Both the position numbers and the translations under genes were made by a program. The notes below the pieces were generated by a model. It was not told where the DNA came from, ran no database searches, and saw only the letters and a list, made by a program, of their open reading frames with translations. A DNA stretch of 63,948 bases, filler included, from Dirinaria sp. TL-2023a (taxonomy: Eukaryota), in the NCBI GenBank assembly GCA_051941275.1. It is 27 parts of 27 records of this genome, joined end to end, with 100 filler letters (N's around TTAATTAATTAA, not from the genome) between each part and the next. Parts side by side here need not be neighbours in the genome. Positions count along the whole stretch, not along the records: positions 23,978 to 26,263 come from JAVEBF010002332.1; positions 26,364 to 28,645 come from JAVEBF010002333.1; positions 28,746 to 31,021 come from JAVEBF010002334.1; positions 31,122 to 33,397 come from JAVEBF010002335.1; positions 33,498 to 35,771 come from JAVEBF010002336.1; positions 35,872 to 38,143 come from JAVEBF010002337.1; positions 38,244 to 40,513 come from JAVEBF010002338.1; 20 more parts are not named here. The stretch is one strand, 5' to 3'. This document shows positions 24,940 to 39,009 of this stretch, piece after piece (within the stretch, counting starts at the first letter, position 1; every line of letters starts with the position of its first letter).

Positions 24940-27900
24940 TGCGTTACTGGAGGTCTGTGAGGAAGTTTCTTAGGTTTGAGAAAAGTGCTGGAGTTGTGAA
25001 GCTCTGGAGTTGCTGTTCAATATCCACTATCTTGATATATATACAATAGCTGGAGGTGAGAAGCCTAGAGCCATGACTCTGTAAACTGTGCCTTTCAGTC
25101 ATGACTTTTTCCTCCATGCTGCGAGATCTTGGAAGCGTGACTGTGGCACTGTACATGTAAAATGATTGCCCAAATATTGGTTTGGTATACGAGTTGATTG
25201 CGAGCGCAGCAGCGTTACCGATATATTAACTGTCATTACTGCGTTTCATCGCCATGACGTAGTCCACTCGCGACGCAAAGATTGCTATTCTAGGATGAAG
25301 AGCAACAGCAATGCAGAGGAACTGAATCATTTTTAGTAAGTAGTTTGCTCGTGGTCTGGACTTTACCAATGTCCAGTCATGATCCAGGCATTGTACTGCA
25401 GGTAGTGCCTACTTGCGAGTGAATCCTTTTTGCGCGTACTAGACTGTACATCCACTCTAGCGAACGATTGTTTCTCATTCATGTCTTTTGTTCTGTAGAT
25501 GCCGGACCGGCCTCTTTCGTGGTGAGGGAGCAAATCACGCACTTAAACCCTGGAAATTCATTTCCCCGTTGCAACATCGACTATTGATTCTCCATGACAG
25601 CTGACGCTGGAGACATGAATTAGATTCTTGAGTACAACAAGAGGCTCAAGTGCAAACGAGCTAGATGCACAAACGCTTTTCCATGACATCTAGGTACGGC
25701 TTTCATTAATTCGCTTTGAATCAGTGGGCCAACGCCACTTGGTTTCCATGATCATAGCCCTTTTGGGGTTGAGCCGTGATCGCTGATATCTGAGTAGTTG
25801 ATACCTTGTCTTCTTCAGCTATTTTGTTGGACAGTGCTGCCTATTGGAGGCTCCTTCTCAGCCCTCTAGCTGCGTGTGGTCGCTTGCCATGGGTTTTCAG
25901 TAGAGTAAGTAACTTTAATCACATTCGCCTTGCGATCGGTTGACTTTGGGTTTGGGATCTCGCAGTCCCTCGTGAAAGCTAAGATACCTCAGCCAAGCGA
26001 GCCAAACTCCGCTCAGCGCAAATATGTTTGTATCAATATCATAATTGAGACACACCTTTTACATACGGCCACAGGCAACTGAAAAATGAGGATCCCGTCC
26101 GCTTTCCACCCATAATCAGTTGACCGGTCAATTAGTAGTTGGGTCGGTGACGACCAGCGAATCCTGACTGCTGTATGTTCGATTGTCTATTTTTTTTTTT
26201 TTTTTTTTTTTTTTTTTCCCCGTTTCCTTTCTTTACTTTTTCTATTTGTTGCTGTTCAATTGCNNNNNNNNNNNNNNNNNNNNNNNNNNNNNNNNNNNNN
26301 NNNNNNNTTAATTAATTAANNNNNNNNNNNNNNNNNNNNNNNNNNNNNNNNNNNNNNNNNNNNGTGAAGAGGTTTTCTAATTTTGACTGTATATGATATG
26401 CCATGTTTTCAGAACCAAGCCTATAAATAGTCTATATTTTCCCTCTTCATTGTAAAAAAGAAAATAAAAAGTTTCGAACTCTCCTGTCTCCCTACTGCTT
26501 GCAACCAATCTCCTCCGTCTTGAAAGTAAATGCTCACTACTTTCAAAGATCTTTCCATCGTTCGCAATTGTAACGTCTTGATTGAGATTCAGATTCTCCT
26601 CGATATAAGCGACGTGAAGCGATGCGAGTGCCAAACCATCAATGCTGGTCATTGCCATTTTGTTCTTATGGTCGTCATCATTGATGCATTTTTTCAAGAC
26701 TGTCGACTGAATGATCCTTTCTCTTCCGTGTTTCATGGATGTCTTTTTCGTCATCATCGACAAGAAACCGGTACTCGTTCTTAAAAGTCTTGATCTATTC
26801 GTGTGCATTGCTTTGCAAGCGCAAACACAAGTTTCTCGCTCGGAATAATTTTACACCAAGTATCAGACACGATCGAGCTCGGCTTATGGAACGCTGATCC
26901 CGAATCCGAAACAAAATCTCGAATTTAATCCCTCTAGGTTCTAAAAATTAGAAAGGTGAAAGGAAGTGAGAAAACCCCAGAAATCTCTAGCTCAGCTAGA
27001 TCTCCACTTAAAACCCCTCTCCATCCCCTCTGACATGAGCGTGCGTTGCAAAAGAGATATAACTTGATCAAAGACCCCCTATAGAATACTCCAAAACTCT
27101 TCAGATCGCTCTATTCTTAACTCATGCATAGGAATACCGGAGAGGTGGGACTCGGCTGTATTCCATACAAGACAAAGTCAGTCTCTTCTCTCTCTCTTCA
27201 TTCCAACGCTCTCTAAATTGCATAGTTGCATAGCGTATACTCTGGAGCCGGGGCAGGTTATGTTAACGGACTAAGTCAATCCTAAGAGTGGAACATAATG
27301 CTTGATTGAACCTTCGGAAGCTCAAGGTAAGTACAGCGGTGCTTAGCATGGTGCCAGATATCCCTCTTTAAGAAAATCAAAAAAAAAAAAAAATAGAAAA
27401 ACACCGTCCTCGATTGTATGCTTTAGCTCATCACTCATAAGGTACCAAGTATCTGGATGATTTCATCCTTCCTCGTTCTTTTCTTAATCGTGTTGATTAA
27501 TTCATTGCTCTCATACCATATATGGGTAAAATCCGGAAAATTGGCTTCTTGTATGCTCTCTCCCACATCATCGTTTTCAGCTCGTTTGGTCTGGCTATGC
27601 CGAGTATGGTCTTTTGTGACCGTGGGATTATAGATTGGGCGAGGTTTTGTAGCGTATAAGGGTTTTCGGAGTTGTTTATACCGTCTTTGACGTGGTGATG
27701 ATAGGAGAGGGAATTTTCTGAGGGTTTTTTTTTTGGTGCTGCAGCATTTGGCAATTTGTTCATGTATACCGGTGTAGGGTTTCTCAATGTTGCGGATGTT
27801 ATTGATTTCTTGAGTGATTTTTGGCTTTGAGTCGGAGGCTCTGTGGGTTTTGTTTGGTGAGTAAAGAAGCAGAATTATTATTAAGATTCTCCTCATCTTC

Positions 27901-29289
27901 ATGATTCTCCTATCATGCAAGATCCCCCTTCTTCCGTAAATCCTCCCCCTCGTCACTCCGTGATCTCGTGTTTTTGCAGGGTCCACTGAAGAGCCCCCTT
28001 AATGAGATCCTATAGATTACTCTATAGCCATTCCTTTATTAGTCATAATCAAGAATAGTCCGAATATCCTTTGAATTGATCTTTCTCGATAGGAGGGAGC
28101 TTCACTGGTCGGTTGATCAAAGGTTGACTGACTGGGTTTCAGTAACGCTTTTGCGAATCTTTTTTATTCTTACACTCTGCGAAGCTCCGCTTCTAAGCGC
28201 GAGCAGAGCACCTAAATAAGGCAATAGCTCTGCTCCAACTCCATGAAGGCTCTCGGAGCCTTATTGGATGACGAGAGAAATCTTTCTTGTCTTTGCGTTT
28301 AAAGTCGAAGCTGAGATTTTGCGAATTTAGTTTTTTTTTTTGACGCTGAAGATATTGTCTTTGAGTCTTTTATATTATTTTTAAAACGATTGTTCGATTT
28401 TTTTTGTTTTGTGCTTTGAGGCGAAAAATATTTAGATGTGAAATTTGAAGAGAGATGTATTTTCAAGATCTGTTCTCAAATTTTCTCTTTGTAAATTCTT
28501 TACAGTAGAGAAGTTGATTTTATTTTCAATTTGAAAATCTCAAATTATCGACTCGAGAATCGTTTTGATCTCGAGAATTGAGTAAATTCAGAACATTGAA
28601 CGTTTTTGATTTTCGAGTTGTTTCTGTCGATTTAATTAAATAGATNNNNNNNNNNNNNNNNNNNNNNNNNNNNNNNNNNNNNNNNNNNNTTAATTAATTA
28701 ANNNNNNNNNNNNNNNNNNNNNNNNNNNNNNNNNNNNNNNNNNNNGGATTCGACTCGTCGTTGGATGGGGCCGGGCATAAGGGATATGCAAGCAGACACT
28801 ATGATGTAAGTACATGTATGTGCCTTCGCCTCCCTGGCGTAGTTACACGTGCCCTACCGTGATTCTTGCAAGGACTTCGCTGATACTGTTTGGTGTTGAC
28901 AACTTCGGTGGTCTGGTCGATGTTGAGCCTCTTTTAAGTTCGTGGACCTGATGCATCCTTGAATAGAGTTCCAGGTTCGGAGGATTGTTCGGTCCCTTGG
29001 TGGGAGACGATAATGTAGCTACCCATAAACGGATCGAGCGAGCTGCAGAGACGTGCATTAGCAGCGTTACTTTATTCAGCCAGTGCCACCTCGGTGTTGT
29101 CCCTACTTAAGCGAGACGAACTAGGGTCAGGGTAAGGTGGGCAAGCGAAATATCTTATCTTACATGAAATGCGGTCATCGTTCGAAAGAACTTTTCTAAG
29201 GCATCACACACCGTCACTTTACCGAGACCTCTCAACCGCGGTGGAAGGTGACACTTTGCACGCATCTGCTTGCCTGTGAGATTTCCATC

Positions 29290-31021
29290 ATGGCTCTGCT
29301 CTGGTTGGCTTTTGCCTGTTTCCTCGTCTCCATCGCATATGCTCTTTCCCTTCTTCCTGGCCAGCGTGGACGACGATATCCTCCAGGTACGCGCCTCAAG
29401 CTTTGCACGCTTCACCAAAACAGAGTACTGACTCTTCCCCAGGCCCACCAGCCCTTCCTCTGATCGGGAATCTCCATCAATTGCCCAAGACCGGTGCTCA
29501 TTTCAAGTCCGGCTAACGAAATCCGAAATTGAGACGTTCACTAACACATCATAGGTTCGCGGAATGGGCACAGCGATATGGCGGGCTCTTCTCCTTAAAG
29601 ATCGGACCCGCGACAACGGTCGTGATCAGCTCGCCGGCAATTTTGAAGAAGTTGATCGACCAGAGATCCAACATCTACAGCGCGCGCCCACCGTCTTACG
29701 TCTCCCACGACCTCATCACCAAAGGCGATCATCTGCTCATCATGACCAACAACGAGAAATGGAAACTGTTCCGCAAATTGGTCCACCAGACCTTCAACCA
29801 GACGCGCTGCGACAAGGAACACATCGCCCTGCAAAACGCCGAGGCCGTGCAGATGTTGGACGACTTCTGCGATGAACCGGACAAATTCATGAGCCATCCA
29901 AAGCGATTCAGCAACAGCATTATCATGAGCGTGCGTAAGTTTTGCATCCCAGCATCAGCGTAGGTCGTCCTGGGGTTAATTCAAACCTCAAGTCTACGGC
30001 ATCCGTAGTCCCCGGTCCACGACACCGCATTTCCTCAAGTTGTATTCCATGATGGAAGAATGGTCCGAGGTGATGGAAACCGGGGCCACGCCCCCAGTCG
30101 ACATTATTCCGGCACTCAAATGGGTGCCGGAAGGGTTGTTGGGAAATTGGATCACCCGCTCACGCAACGTCGGAAAGGCCATGGACAATCTGTATGGTTC
30201 ATTGGTGCGTCACGTGCAGCAACGACGTGCCAAATCGGGAAGCCGCGATTCCTTCCTTGATAGTATCCTCGACCAACCGAAGCTCGTTGAAGAATTGACG
30301 TCAAACCAAATCAACTTTCTCTGCGGCGTCGTCCTGGAGGGGGGTTCGGACACCTCAGCAAGTATCATCCTGGCCTTCATCCACGCGATGATCCAATTTC
30401 CGCACGTCCAAGAGAAAGCGCAACAGGAGATTGATGCCAACGTGGGTGACGCGCGGACGCCAGTCTGGAGCGATTACTCCAAGCTCCCGTACACGGCCAT
30501 GGTCATCAAAGAAACCATGCGCTGGCGACCCGTCACACCGCTTGCCTTTCCCCACTGCTCCAGCAAAGGTCAGTAATCAAGCATCCCCTCCCTCCAAACC
30601 CCCACACATGCCTCGCATACATCAATCACATCGAAACCTGCCCCTAACAACTTGTCTCCCAGACGACACCCTCGACGGGATGACGATCCCCAAAGGCAGC
30701 ACCATCCTCCTCAACGTCTGGGGCCTGCACCACGACCCATCCCGGCACGCCAACCCAGACACCTTCGACCCGGAGCGCTACGCCGGGCGCACGCTCCCCG
30801 CGTCGGAATACATCAACGCCGCCGACCCGGAGCAGCGCGATCACTGGGCCTACGGCGCGGGGCGCCGCATCTGTCCGGGTATCCACCTCGCGGAGCGCAA
30901 CCTCTTCCTCGCCATCGCGAAACTGCTCTGGGCGTTCCGCATCCTGCCCAAGGAGACCGCGCGCGGGAGACCAATCCCTGTGGATGTGGATCCGAAGACG
31001 GGGTACTCGGAGGGGTTTTTG
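29290..31021 (+). CDS. Cytochrome P450 monooxygenase (class E group I type), multi-exon, 3' truncated
   Basis: N-terminal anchor, PPGPPALPLIGNLHQ hinge, I-helix EGGSDT, KETMR (ExxR), FDPERY and heme motif WAYGAGRRICPG; four introns at ~29387, ~29507, ~29935 and ~30569. Confidence 0.95.
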
Positions 31022-31478
31022 NNNNNNNNNNNNNNNNNNNNNNNNNNNNNNNNNNNNNNNNNNNNTTAATTAATTAANNNNNNNNNNNNNNNNNNNNNNN
31101 NNNNNNNNNNNNNNNNNNNNNCCTTGGGTCTGCACGCATAACTTACATTGCCTTACCACTAAGTAGGGGCCCGAAATTAGTTTAGCTCCATCCCTCAACG
31201 TTGGGCCTAATCAATTCACTGGTTCTTCCATCTCAACAAACTCACTAGTTCCTTTTGTCACATCAATTTTTCAACTCATTAGGCACTTTTCAGTTGCTTA
31301 AAGTGTTCAGCTTCCTCCAAGCTCATGTAAATCATATATAGCTCATTAGATCTCCTCATCGCTCGTTCAATGCTCCCAATCAACTCTCCTGCCCAGTAAC
31401 AATTTTCGAATATTTCAAGTACATTGCTCACATTTAGCTCAATTTCACTCTTTACCGACTACACCCACATGTTTCAAC

Positions 31479-32910
31479 ATGCTCCAGTCTACGACACCGA
31501 CGACATCGCACCTCGTCTACAGACAGAAGTCGGCCTCGCCGATAAGGGTTGCCAGATACTCTCAGTATAAATTTCCCAAACAGAGCAGCACTTCGTCTCA
31601 GCTGCTGGGACACTCGCATGCACATCTTGAACCCCTGCCATCAGTATACAAATTGCCAGTCGTCTCGGGAGAACTCAATACTCAGGGAGCAGAAGACTCT
31701 TTTGGTACTCGACATGTCAGCCTCGGATTTGAGCTACTGCATAATGGCGAGCCTCGAACACCCTCTAAAGAGCAGTTTGATGCAATCTTCAACTTGTTCC
31801 CGACGGCTTATAGAGTGTCCTTTGCGCCACCTTTTCTGGTCGTTGTATGCAAGATCCTTCCACCACAGCCGTGGCCAGTCACAGTAGCCGGTATGCCGCT
31901 CTTCTTGACAGATGACGAAAAGGTCGAACCCATGGAGATCGGTCTCTATGGTCATGGACCGAAGGTAACAACCAAATCACCAATCAACGGTTGGCAAACT
32001 CCTAACCTGAGTGCCTTCAAGGAAGTCTTCGAAATGCTAGACCAGTTCAGCAAGGACTTCCGTCGGCTTCAATGGACTGGCGCAAGCTTCGTAGCTATAG
32101 CTTCACAAGAGCCATTTGCTAACTGGCGTAAACGACTTCCTTGTATGGTCAACTCTAGGCTTATTGGCTACATTTTCGATGAAAAGCCTTTGATGGAAAA
32201 AGCTGTTCGAATTATGGTATCGCAAGGCCGGACCGCTGATGACTCAGTATACAACCAATTAATTACGACCAGGCATTATGATTGCGTCCACGGTTGGAGC
32301 GTCTCAAGAGCTCATGACATCGGGTGTGTGCTTGAAATCGCCCAAATCGTCAAAAAACTATATGACACTAGCAAGCCATGGGTTTTCAGGCGGCGTTGGT
32401 GACGAGGTGCTCCACCCTAATCGAAACGGCTCATGTATCGCGGATGTATCCAAGGTTTTCGGGGAGACCGGCATAGCACTTGCGGAGCTAAGAAGCCAGA
32501 GTCACCTCGCATATTCACGAACGACGTTTCCGACACCGCAAGCTGCAGTCCAACCCTTTCGGAATCTTCTCAGTCTCCAGGAAATTCGAGTCCATGATTT
32601 GATCTACATGGATACTGCGGTCAATGGACGCTGCGAGGGCTCTGTCGTCAAGCTTGAAATCCTCCGGCTCCCTTCCGATGAGCTAGGAAGCAAAGATGTC
32701 CAATACGTAATTGGCAGTTTCGTATACTTTGGCAATGGCACGGATATCCTGTTGGATGGTTGCTGTGGTGCTTCTCTTTGGAACGACGATCACGACGTTA
32801 TTGGGAAGTTCCAATATCTTGATGCGAGTCCTGCCGCCCTATGCTATTGTCCCTCTTTCGCGGGGCTGAAGGACTTTGGCTACACGATAGCACCTACGAC
32901 CATCTTGTGA
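31479..32910 (+). pseudogene. Fungal protein with a putative trypsin/chymotrypsin-like C-terminal domain, frameshifted at ~32260
   Basis: Two overlapping ORFs join into one ~475-aa frame if a duplicated AATT (32257-32264) is removed (..YNQLRPGIMIAS..); motifs TLASHGF, GIALAEL, DGCCGA. Confidence 0.6.
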
Positions 32911-34248
32911 TAGACCTAGCACTGATGGTGTTGAACGACTTGGCGTGCTACCTTACCAATAATGGCTCAATCGCGAAAGTGAACATCCAAAAAGGGTAAT
33001 GCCAAGGCGGCGACCTAGAGCGTCCCGACTATACCCAATCTGGGTTTCAGCCTTGGGCTGTCGACTTCAGAGCAGAAATTACTCGCATGCTACCCTTGAA
33101 ACTCTCACGTGCTCCGAACATGTCCACTCCGGGCGCGCAGAGCGACAACACCTCGTCCTAAACAGATCGCTCTTCTGCAGTTTGGAGAACTGTATGTTGA
33201 CATGAAGCATAAACCGGCCATAAATTTTTTGGTGAACGTGCCACCACTGGCTGTAAGCATGTGCGCTCAAATAACACAGTACATGACGTTTCCTGGCCTC
33301 TGCGCCAGAATTTCTGTCTCGGCATCACGATCTTGTATAGCTGAGGGTGTTGCTCATTCGACTTAGCTGCTTTGGCCTTGCGAGTCTCTGTCCTTGGNNN
33401 NNNNNNNNNNNNNNNNNNNNNNNNNNNNNNNNNNNNNNNNNTTAATTAATTAANNNNNNNNNNNNNNNNNNNNNNNNNNNNNNNNNNNNNNNNNNNNGGC
33501 TTGGGGGGGTGCGGCTTGCTAAGGAACATTACCTAAGGTAGCCTTGGCTTATTGGTGGGCAATTAGGTAAGGTACTTAGAAACAGGCTCACACAGGCAAC
33601 ACTACCTACCTTATGAGACTACAGTAAGATAGTGGCTATTCGCCCATTCGGCATGGCTCGGTTCAGGCTGCCACCTACTTTACCTTACTTACTTGACTTT
33701 ACTTGACCCTCTTTCCCTGCTTTGCCATCCAATCAATTGATCGATGAGCCTGATGCTGAAGGCATGCGGGGCTGCACCGTCTGCACACCAAAACACACGC
33801 TGGTGGATGTTTGAGTTTCATGCATACTGTACATACGTCTGCGCTCTCGCAACAGTGCCTTAGTAGCTGCATCATTTCGATCTTTCTCGGCGGCTGAGCA
33901 CGCAAGGCTGTCACATCGATCACGTTCAACAGAGTCTAGTCAAGAAGACCAGAACTACCAGGATAATGGCGGTGCAAGGCCTGAGCAAATACTTTACATA
34001 TAGAAGATTCTCGTGATAAGGCCGACGGACCGGGAGCCATTTTCGAAAATGTCGAACAGCGAGATGACCCAGCTTACGTCTGGTGTGAGGGTAAGTTATC
34101 GTCACCAAGCCAGCATCAATCCATGACTAAGTCAACAGAGGGTGTCGAGCGCTTCGAAGATCGAGGTCCCGCAGAGAGCGGCTTCCTCCAAGTATTCCCA
34201 TGCTACCAATCTCGATGGCTTCGAAGATGGTAAAGCACGTGTTGTAAA

Positions 34249-35771
34249 ATGAACGGCAGGCATGCACTGACTGTTGGTGCATTAGCGGACTTCGTATCGG
34301 AAGATGAGCGGTCTCATGTCCCTCCGAACGAAAAAGAGCAGAAATCAAGCAGCCGCGCCCACGTGGTAAAAGTGATCCGCGCAGCACCGAAAGAGTCTCT
34401 GGAGAACGCATCGTTCTTCAGAACCAAACGTGACGCCACGGATCTCAGAGAGGACAATGACGGGTTACGTCGCGCAAATAAGTTACTCGATCGGGAATCC
34501 CGCGAGCAATCAATTGAGCTTCGCAATCTCAAGAAGGAGAACGCCCAATTGCACGAGCAATGCCGGCAGCGCGGCGAGCGCGTCGACAGCCATCGCGATC
34601 AAATACAGCACGACCGGCACAATTTTTATGAGCACGTTGAGGCCCTCAAGGAAGAGATTATCTATCTGACTCAGGAGCTCCAGAAGCGGAAAACGCTGGC
34701 CGAGAATTTGACAATGCAGACGAGGGAAGCGAATGAGGAGAAAGTTGGTCTCGAGCACAGTGTGAGGAAGTTGCAAAAGCAGAACAGAGAGCTCTCCGAG
34801 AATTTGACGGAATGTAAGGATGACTTGTTGAGATTGCAGCCGCCAAGTGGGATCCCTGATAGCGAGGTTGCGGAGCAATATTCAAATCTGGCGCAGCAGA
34901 TATCAAGATGGGTGGATGACGTGACGGAAGATTCGCAAGCAACCGAAGCGCAGTTTGAATCGTTGGCGAAGCACATGGACGTGCCCGAACTGCTGAAGCC
35001 ATATCTAATGGAGGAGCATATTCGGCTGGGGAAGAAAACTCCTAGTTCGCAACCCTATATTCTGCGCTATGTCATCCACCGCTATCTTGAAAGCTGCATG
35101 TTGGGCCACGACATATATCTCTTTGGCTTGGATATGAGGACGATCGCTTTGCTCGAGGGTATGGAACGAGGGATGAAAGAGCTCGAGCCACCTCGCGGTA
35201 GGGACCTTTTATAATTATCCCTCAGCAGAGACTAACAGCTTAGTAGACTCACTCACCATCCGCCGCTGGCGCTCGGAAACGCTGCAAGCACTCCTCAAAT
35301 TCCCCGAATTCATCGACGCGCAATACCAACAAGCCGCAACCGTCTCGCAGTCTCTCTACACCGCAATCTCCCGGCTCCTGCCAGAAGCTCAAATCAACGA
35401 CACCGGATGGCGCATTCTGCACGAGGACATCACGCTGCCCACGCTTCGTCTAGCAACGACCCTCCGAGCCTCACCCACTACCTACCGCCTGAACCACCCG
35501 TCGCCGCCATGCAAAGCAGCGCCAATCTACACCTCCGCCATCCCTCGCGCCACCCTCACAGATCTGGCCAGCAACAAAATCATCCGCCCGGACTCCCTCC
35601 TCAAGCCCAACAGTGAAGGCCGGATCGGCGAAGAAGTCCTCATCATCAGCCCGACCCTGCTGCGGATCGAGGAGGGGAAAGAAGGCGAAAGAGCCAAACA
35701 CGTCGTCTTGGTCAAGCCGAATGTACTCGTCAGATTAGACGAAGCGATGGGGAGGAGGAACAAGGGAGGGA
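34249..35771 (+). CDS. Coiled-coil hypothetical protein, 3' truncated; intron 35198-35246
   Basis: 321-aa first exon with long heptad region; GTAGGG..CTAAC..TAG intron continues the frame as PPR-D-SLTIRRWRSETL..LVKPNVLVRL. Confidence 0.7.
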
Positions 35772-36352
35772 NNNNNNNNNNNNNNNNNNNNNNNNNNNNN
35801 NNNNNNNNNNNNNNNTTAATTAATTAANNNNNNNNNNNNNNNNNNNNNNNNNNNNNNNNNNNNNNNNNNNNGGACTGCGAGGATAGATGCTATGGACGGA
35901 GGGTTTAGGGGGTCGTATGGCTCCATTCTTCGTGTAAGGATGCCTTAAATAGAAGGCGGTCCTTGGACAGGGTAGAGGAGAAAAAGGATTCGGGAGTTGA
36001 GGCTGGAAAAGAGAGGAGGGTTCGAGGTGTCTCTGCTGCACTTTGTCGCTGGCGAATTGAGCTCCATTGCCTGGATATTGGCAATCACTACATGTTTCAA
36101 TGCGTGGCTCCGTCACCACGATATTCTTTAGCCTTAAGAATAGCACACTTCAAGGAATCCAATTGATTGATATATATCGCGAAGCTCTGCCGCGCCAAGC
36201 CCGGTCACCACGGAAAAAAAAAGCCGAAGTTCATCCCCTGCGTCACCAAACCCTCATCTCTACTTTCTATATCAATCCGAACCACACAACCCAATCCCAC
36301 CTCACCTCCTCCGCCAGCCGCGAAAAAAAAACCCCCAATCCCTCCTAAAACC

Positions 36353-37517
36353 ATGCGGCGCACGGTCCGACTAATCCGCACCTTTTCCGCCGCCGACGCC
36401 ACCCGCTTCACCTCCACCCCTCCGCACGCCTTCTCCAAAGCGCCCCCCGTGCTGCGCGCCTCAACCCTGACCGCCGATCCAGGGCGGCCGCCTCCCTCGC
36501 TGCGATTGAACCCGGCAACCCGAAAATCACAACAACAACAACCACAATCGCCTTCGTCTACGCCTGGAAAACCCGCTGTTCCCAGCGGCGGTGGTGATGG
36601 TTCACCAGCAGCAGCAGGAGCAGAGCCAGCACGGGTGGAAGAAACGCCGGCGGAAAAAGTTGCTAGACTGCGTGCTGCGCGGGCGGCGGCGAAGACGCAG
36701 ATTGATATCAGTACGTGGGACCGGATCGTGGTGACGGGGCGGCAATGGGCCGATCGGGCTCATAGGGTGACGGTGACGCTTATTCTTCTTTTCACGCGTA
36801 TGAGGAAACCTTTTTCTTTTTCCCTTCTTGCAGTTCCACACTTTCCTGCGCCTCTCCTCCTATCTACTGCCCTCTTCAATTCCTCCTCCCACCCTCGTGT
36901 CCTACCAAATCCCACCCCACTAACCACATACACTCTCTATAAACACAGTTGTCTGCGTCGGAGTAACAACCTACGCGCTCTCCTCGATGATAATCTACAA
37001 CCGGCGCAAACGGCGCGCCTGGTACGCGGACCAGATCCGCGCGCAGGAGGAAGACCTCGTGGCGGCCATCGAGAACGACAAGCGCGGGCTGCCCTTAACC
37101 GAAGACCAGACCTTGGTCCTGAACCGGGAGAAAGCCCGCTTCGCGGCCGAGGAGGAGCGGAGGAATAAACCCACTTACTGGGGTCGGGTCGTGCAGCCCA
37201 TGCTAGAGCGGTGGACGGGTTTTCGCTTTGGGGAGGGGGAGGCGCGCGCGGCAAAGGGGGAAGAGGGAGAGGCAGACGCAGAGAGCGTGGTGCAAAAAAT
37301 CGAGGACGGGGTCGTGCAGGGGGAAAAGCGCGTGGGAGAAGGGCTGAGGGAGATGGTGCGAGGGAATCTAGCCGGTGGTGGCGGCGTGGAGGCGGAACAA
37401 GGCGTGATAATGGGGCTGGAAGAGGCTCGCACGCGGAAAGGGGGACCGCTGGACCAGGCGGCTGAGAATGCGGTCGAGAGCGCGAGGGAGAAAGTCGGTG
37501 GCTGGTTTGGGCGGTAG
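36353..37517 (+). CDS. Cytochrome c oxidase assembly (COX14-like domain) protein; intron 36798-36948
   Basis: SAADATRFTST, ETPAEKVARLRAA, GRQWADRAHRVTV, a spliced TM segment and MIIYNRRKRR, plus C-terminal GGPLDQAAENA..GGWFGR; matches the filamentous-fungal COX14-domain family from recall. Confidence 0.7.
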
Positions 37518-39009
37518 GAAAGCGCTGGGGGGGGGTTTTTTTCTCTTTCTTTCTTTTTCATGTGAGAGCATTTAGAGGCATCTTGCTTTCTCGTGGAGTC
37601 TTGATAAGTCTATACTCCTGTATGTACATGTCCACCATAAAACCCAAAACCCCTTAGATTGCGAAGGGGATAAAAGCTCAATAAAATAAATAAAAAATAG
37701 CAATAAAACTCACCTCTAATCATTTAGCTAGCTAGCTACAAGAAGATACATACGAATAATCAGCTAGCGCCAGACCGGAAAATAACCCAGGCTTCTTCTT
37801 TGTGCTGTATAAGTTTTCCCCCCCTTTTTTCTTCTTCTTCTTCTTCAACTCTATATTCATTATTCCATCTTCTTTCCCATCCTCGCCGTCACTGCAACCA
37901 CCAAAAAAGCAGCAAAGAAGTGATTTATTTTCCGTCCCATATCCCCCACCTGGTTCAACAAGAGTATGATGATGAAGCATTCGCAAGTATCGTACGCAAT
38001 ATCCATCAAATCATCGAACCCGGAAAAAGGGGGGAATATATAGATGTGGATAAGAGGAAAGATGGGGTGTTTTATTTTTTTTTTTTTCTGCTTTCCCCCC
38101 CCCCGAGAGTCTCTGTGCGAAAGGGGGATTTTTTGGATAGATGNNNNNNNNNNNNNNNNNNNNNNNNNNNNNNNNNNNNNNNNNNNNTTAATTAATTAAN
38201 NNNNNNNNNNNNNNNNNNNNNNNNNNNNNNNNNNNNNNNNNNNTTCGGAAAGTCAACCGAGTCGATGCTGCTATGATAAGCGCTGCCACTAGCAAGTCAT
38301 GGATGTGCCTATAGCGAGGGAAGACAGCAACTTGTGAAACGGTGATTGCTTTCTGAGTGAAGGTACTTTCGTCTATCATGCAAATGATCATGCTAGGTAA
38401 ATTCTTCTCGTATTGCTTGATCAGCTGTTAGGCCAAGTTATGTACACGGAGCAGAAAGTAGGCTTTGCCGCAAAGGAAATGATGCCTTGTTTCAAAGCTG
38501 CCCGCAATTTCTAGGACGCTACATGTGAAGTCGGAAATTAATTTCACAGCGCCGTATCTTCACAGCGTGATGCTTCATCTACAAGACGTATCCGCACCTC
38601 GCACGGAGCACTTTCTACATCAAGCATTGAATTCTCTAATTGCCGCCTATTTCTTTTCCAAATAGTTTCTGCGGGCAGTGTCAAATCATACCTTCAGACG
38701 CCTCCTGACCACATTCGATTTAATCTTAGAGCTTGGGCAACTCACATTTTCGGTTTGCCTGGCAAAAGGTTTGGCAAGAGGTTGCGAAGAGGAAGCCCTT
38801 GGAAGTTCCCAACCGCGCCTTCGATTGAAATGGAGCAGCAGATACAAAACGCTGTTGAAACAGTTACGGCGCGCACTGGTCTGCGGTGCAACCCCACATG
38901 CAGCTATCTTGTTACTCATGGACAAGAACTCAAGATGCTGTTGCTTGAATTCCTTCAAATTCTATCGAATCCCCACCGCCACTGAAGCATTACTCTGAAC
39001 CTTGCCGCC

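Noticed and set aside
26364..28645. ORFs 26377-26808 and 27435-27986
   Set aside because: AT-rich, low-complexity translations with no recognisable motif or convincing gene structure.
29290..31021. P450 (also the AKR and esterases) as tailoring genes of the RiPP locus
   Set aside because: They are on different, size-sorted contigs, so proximity in this window carries no linkage information.
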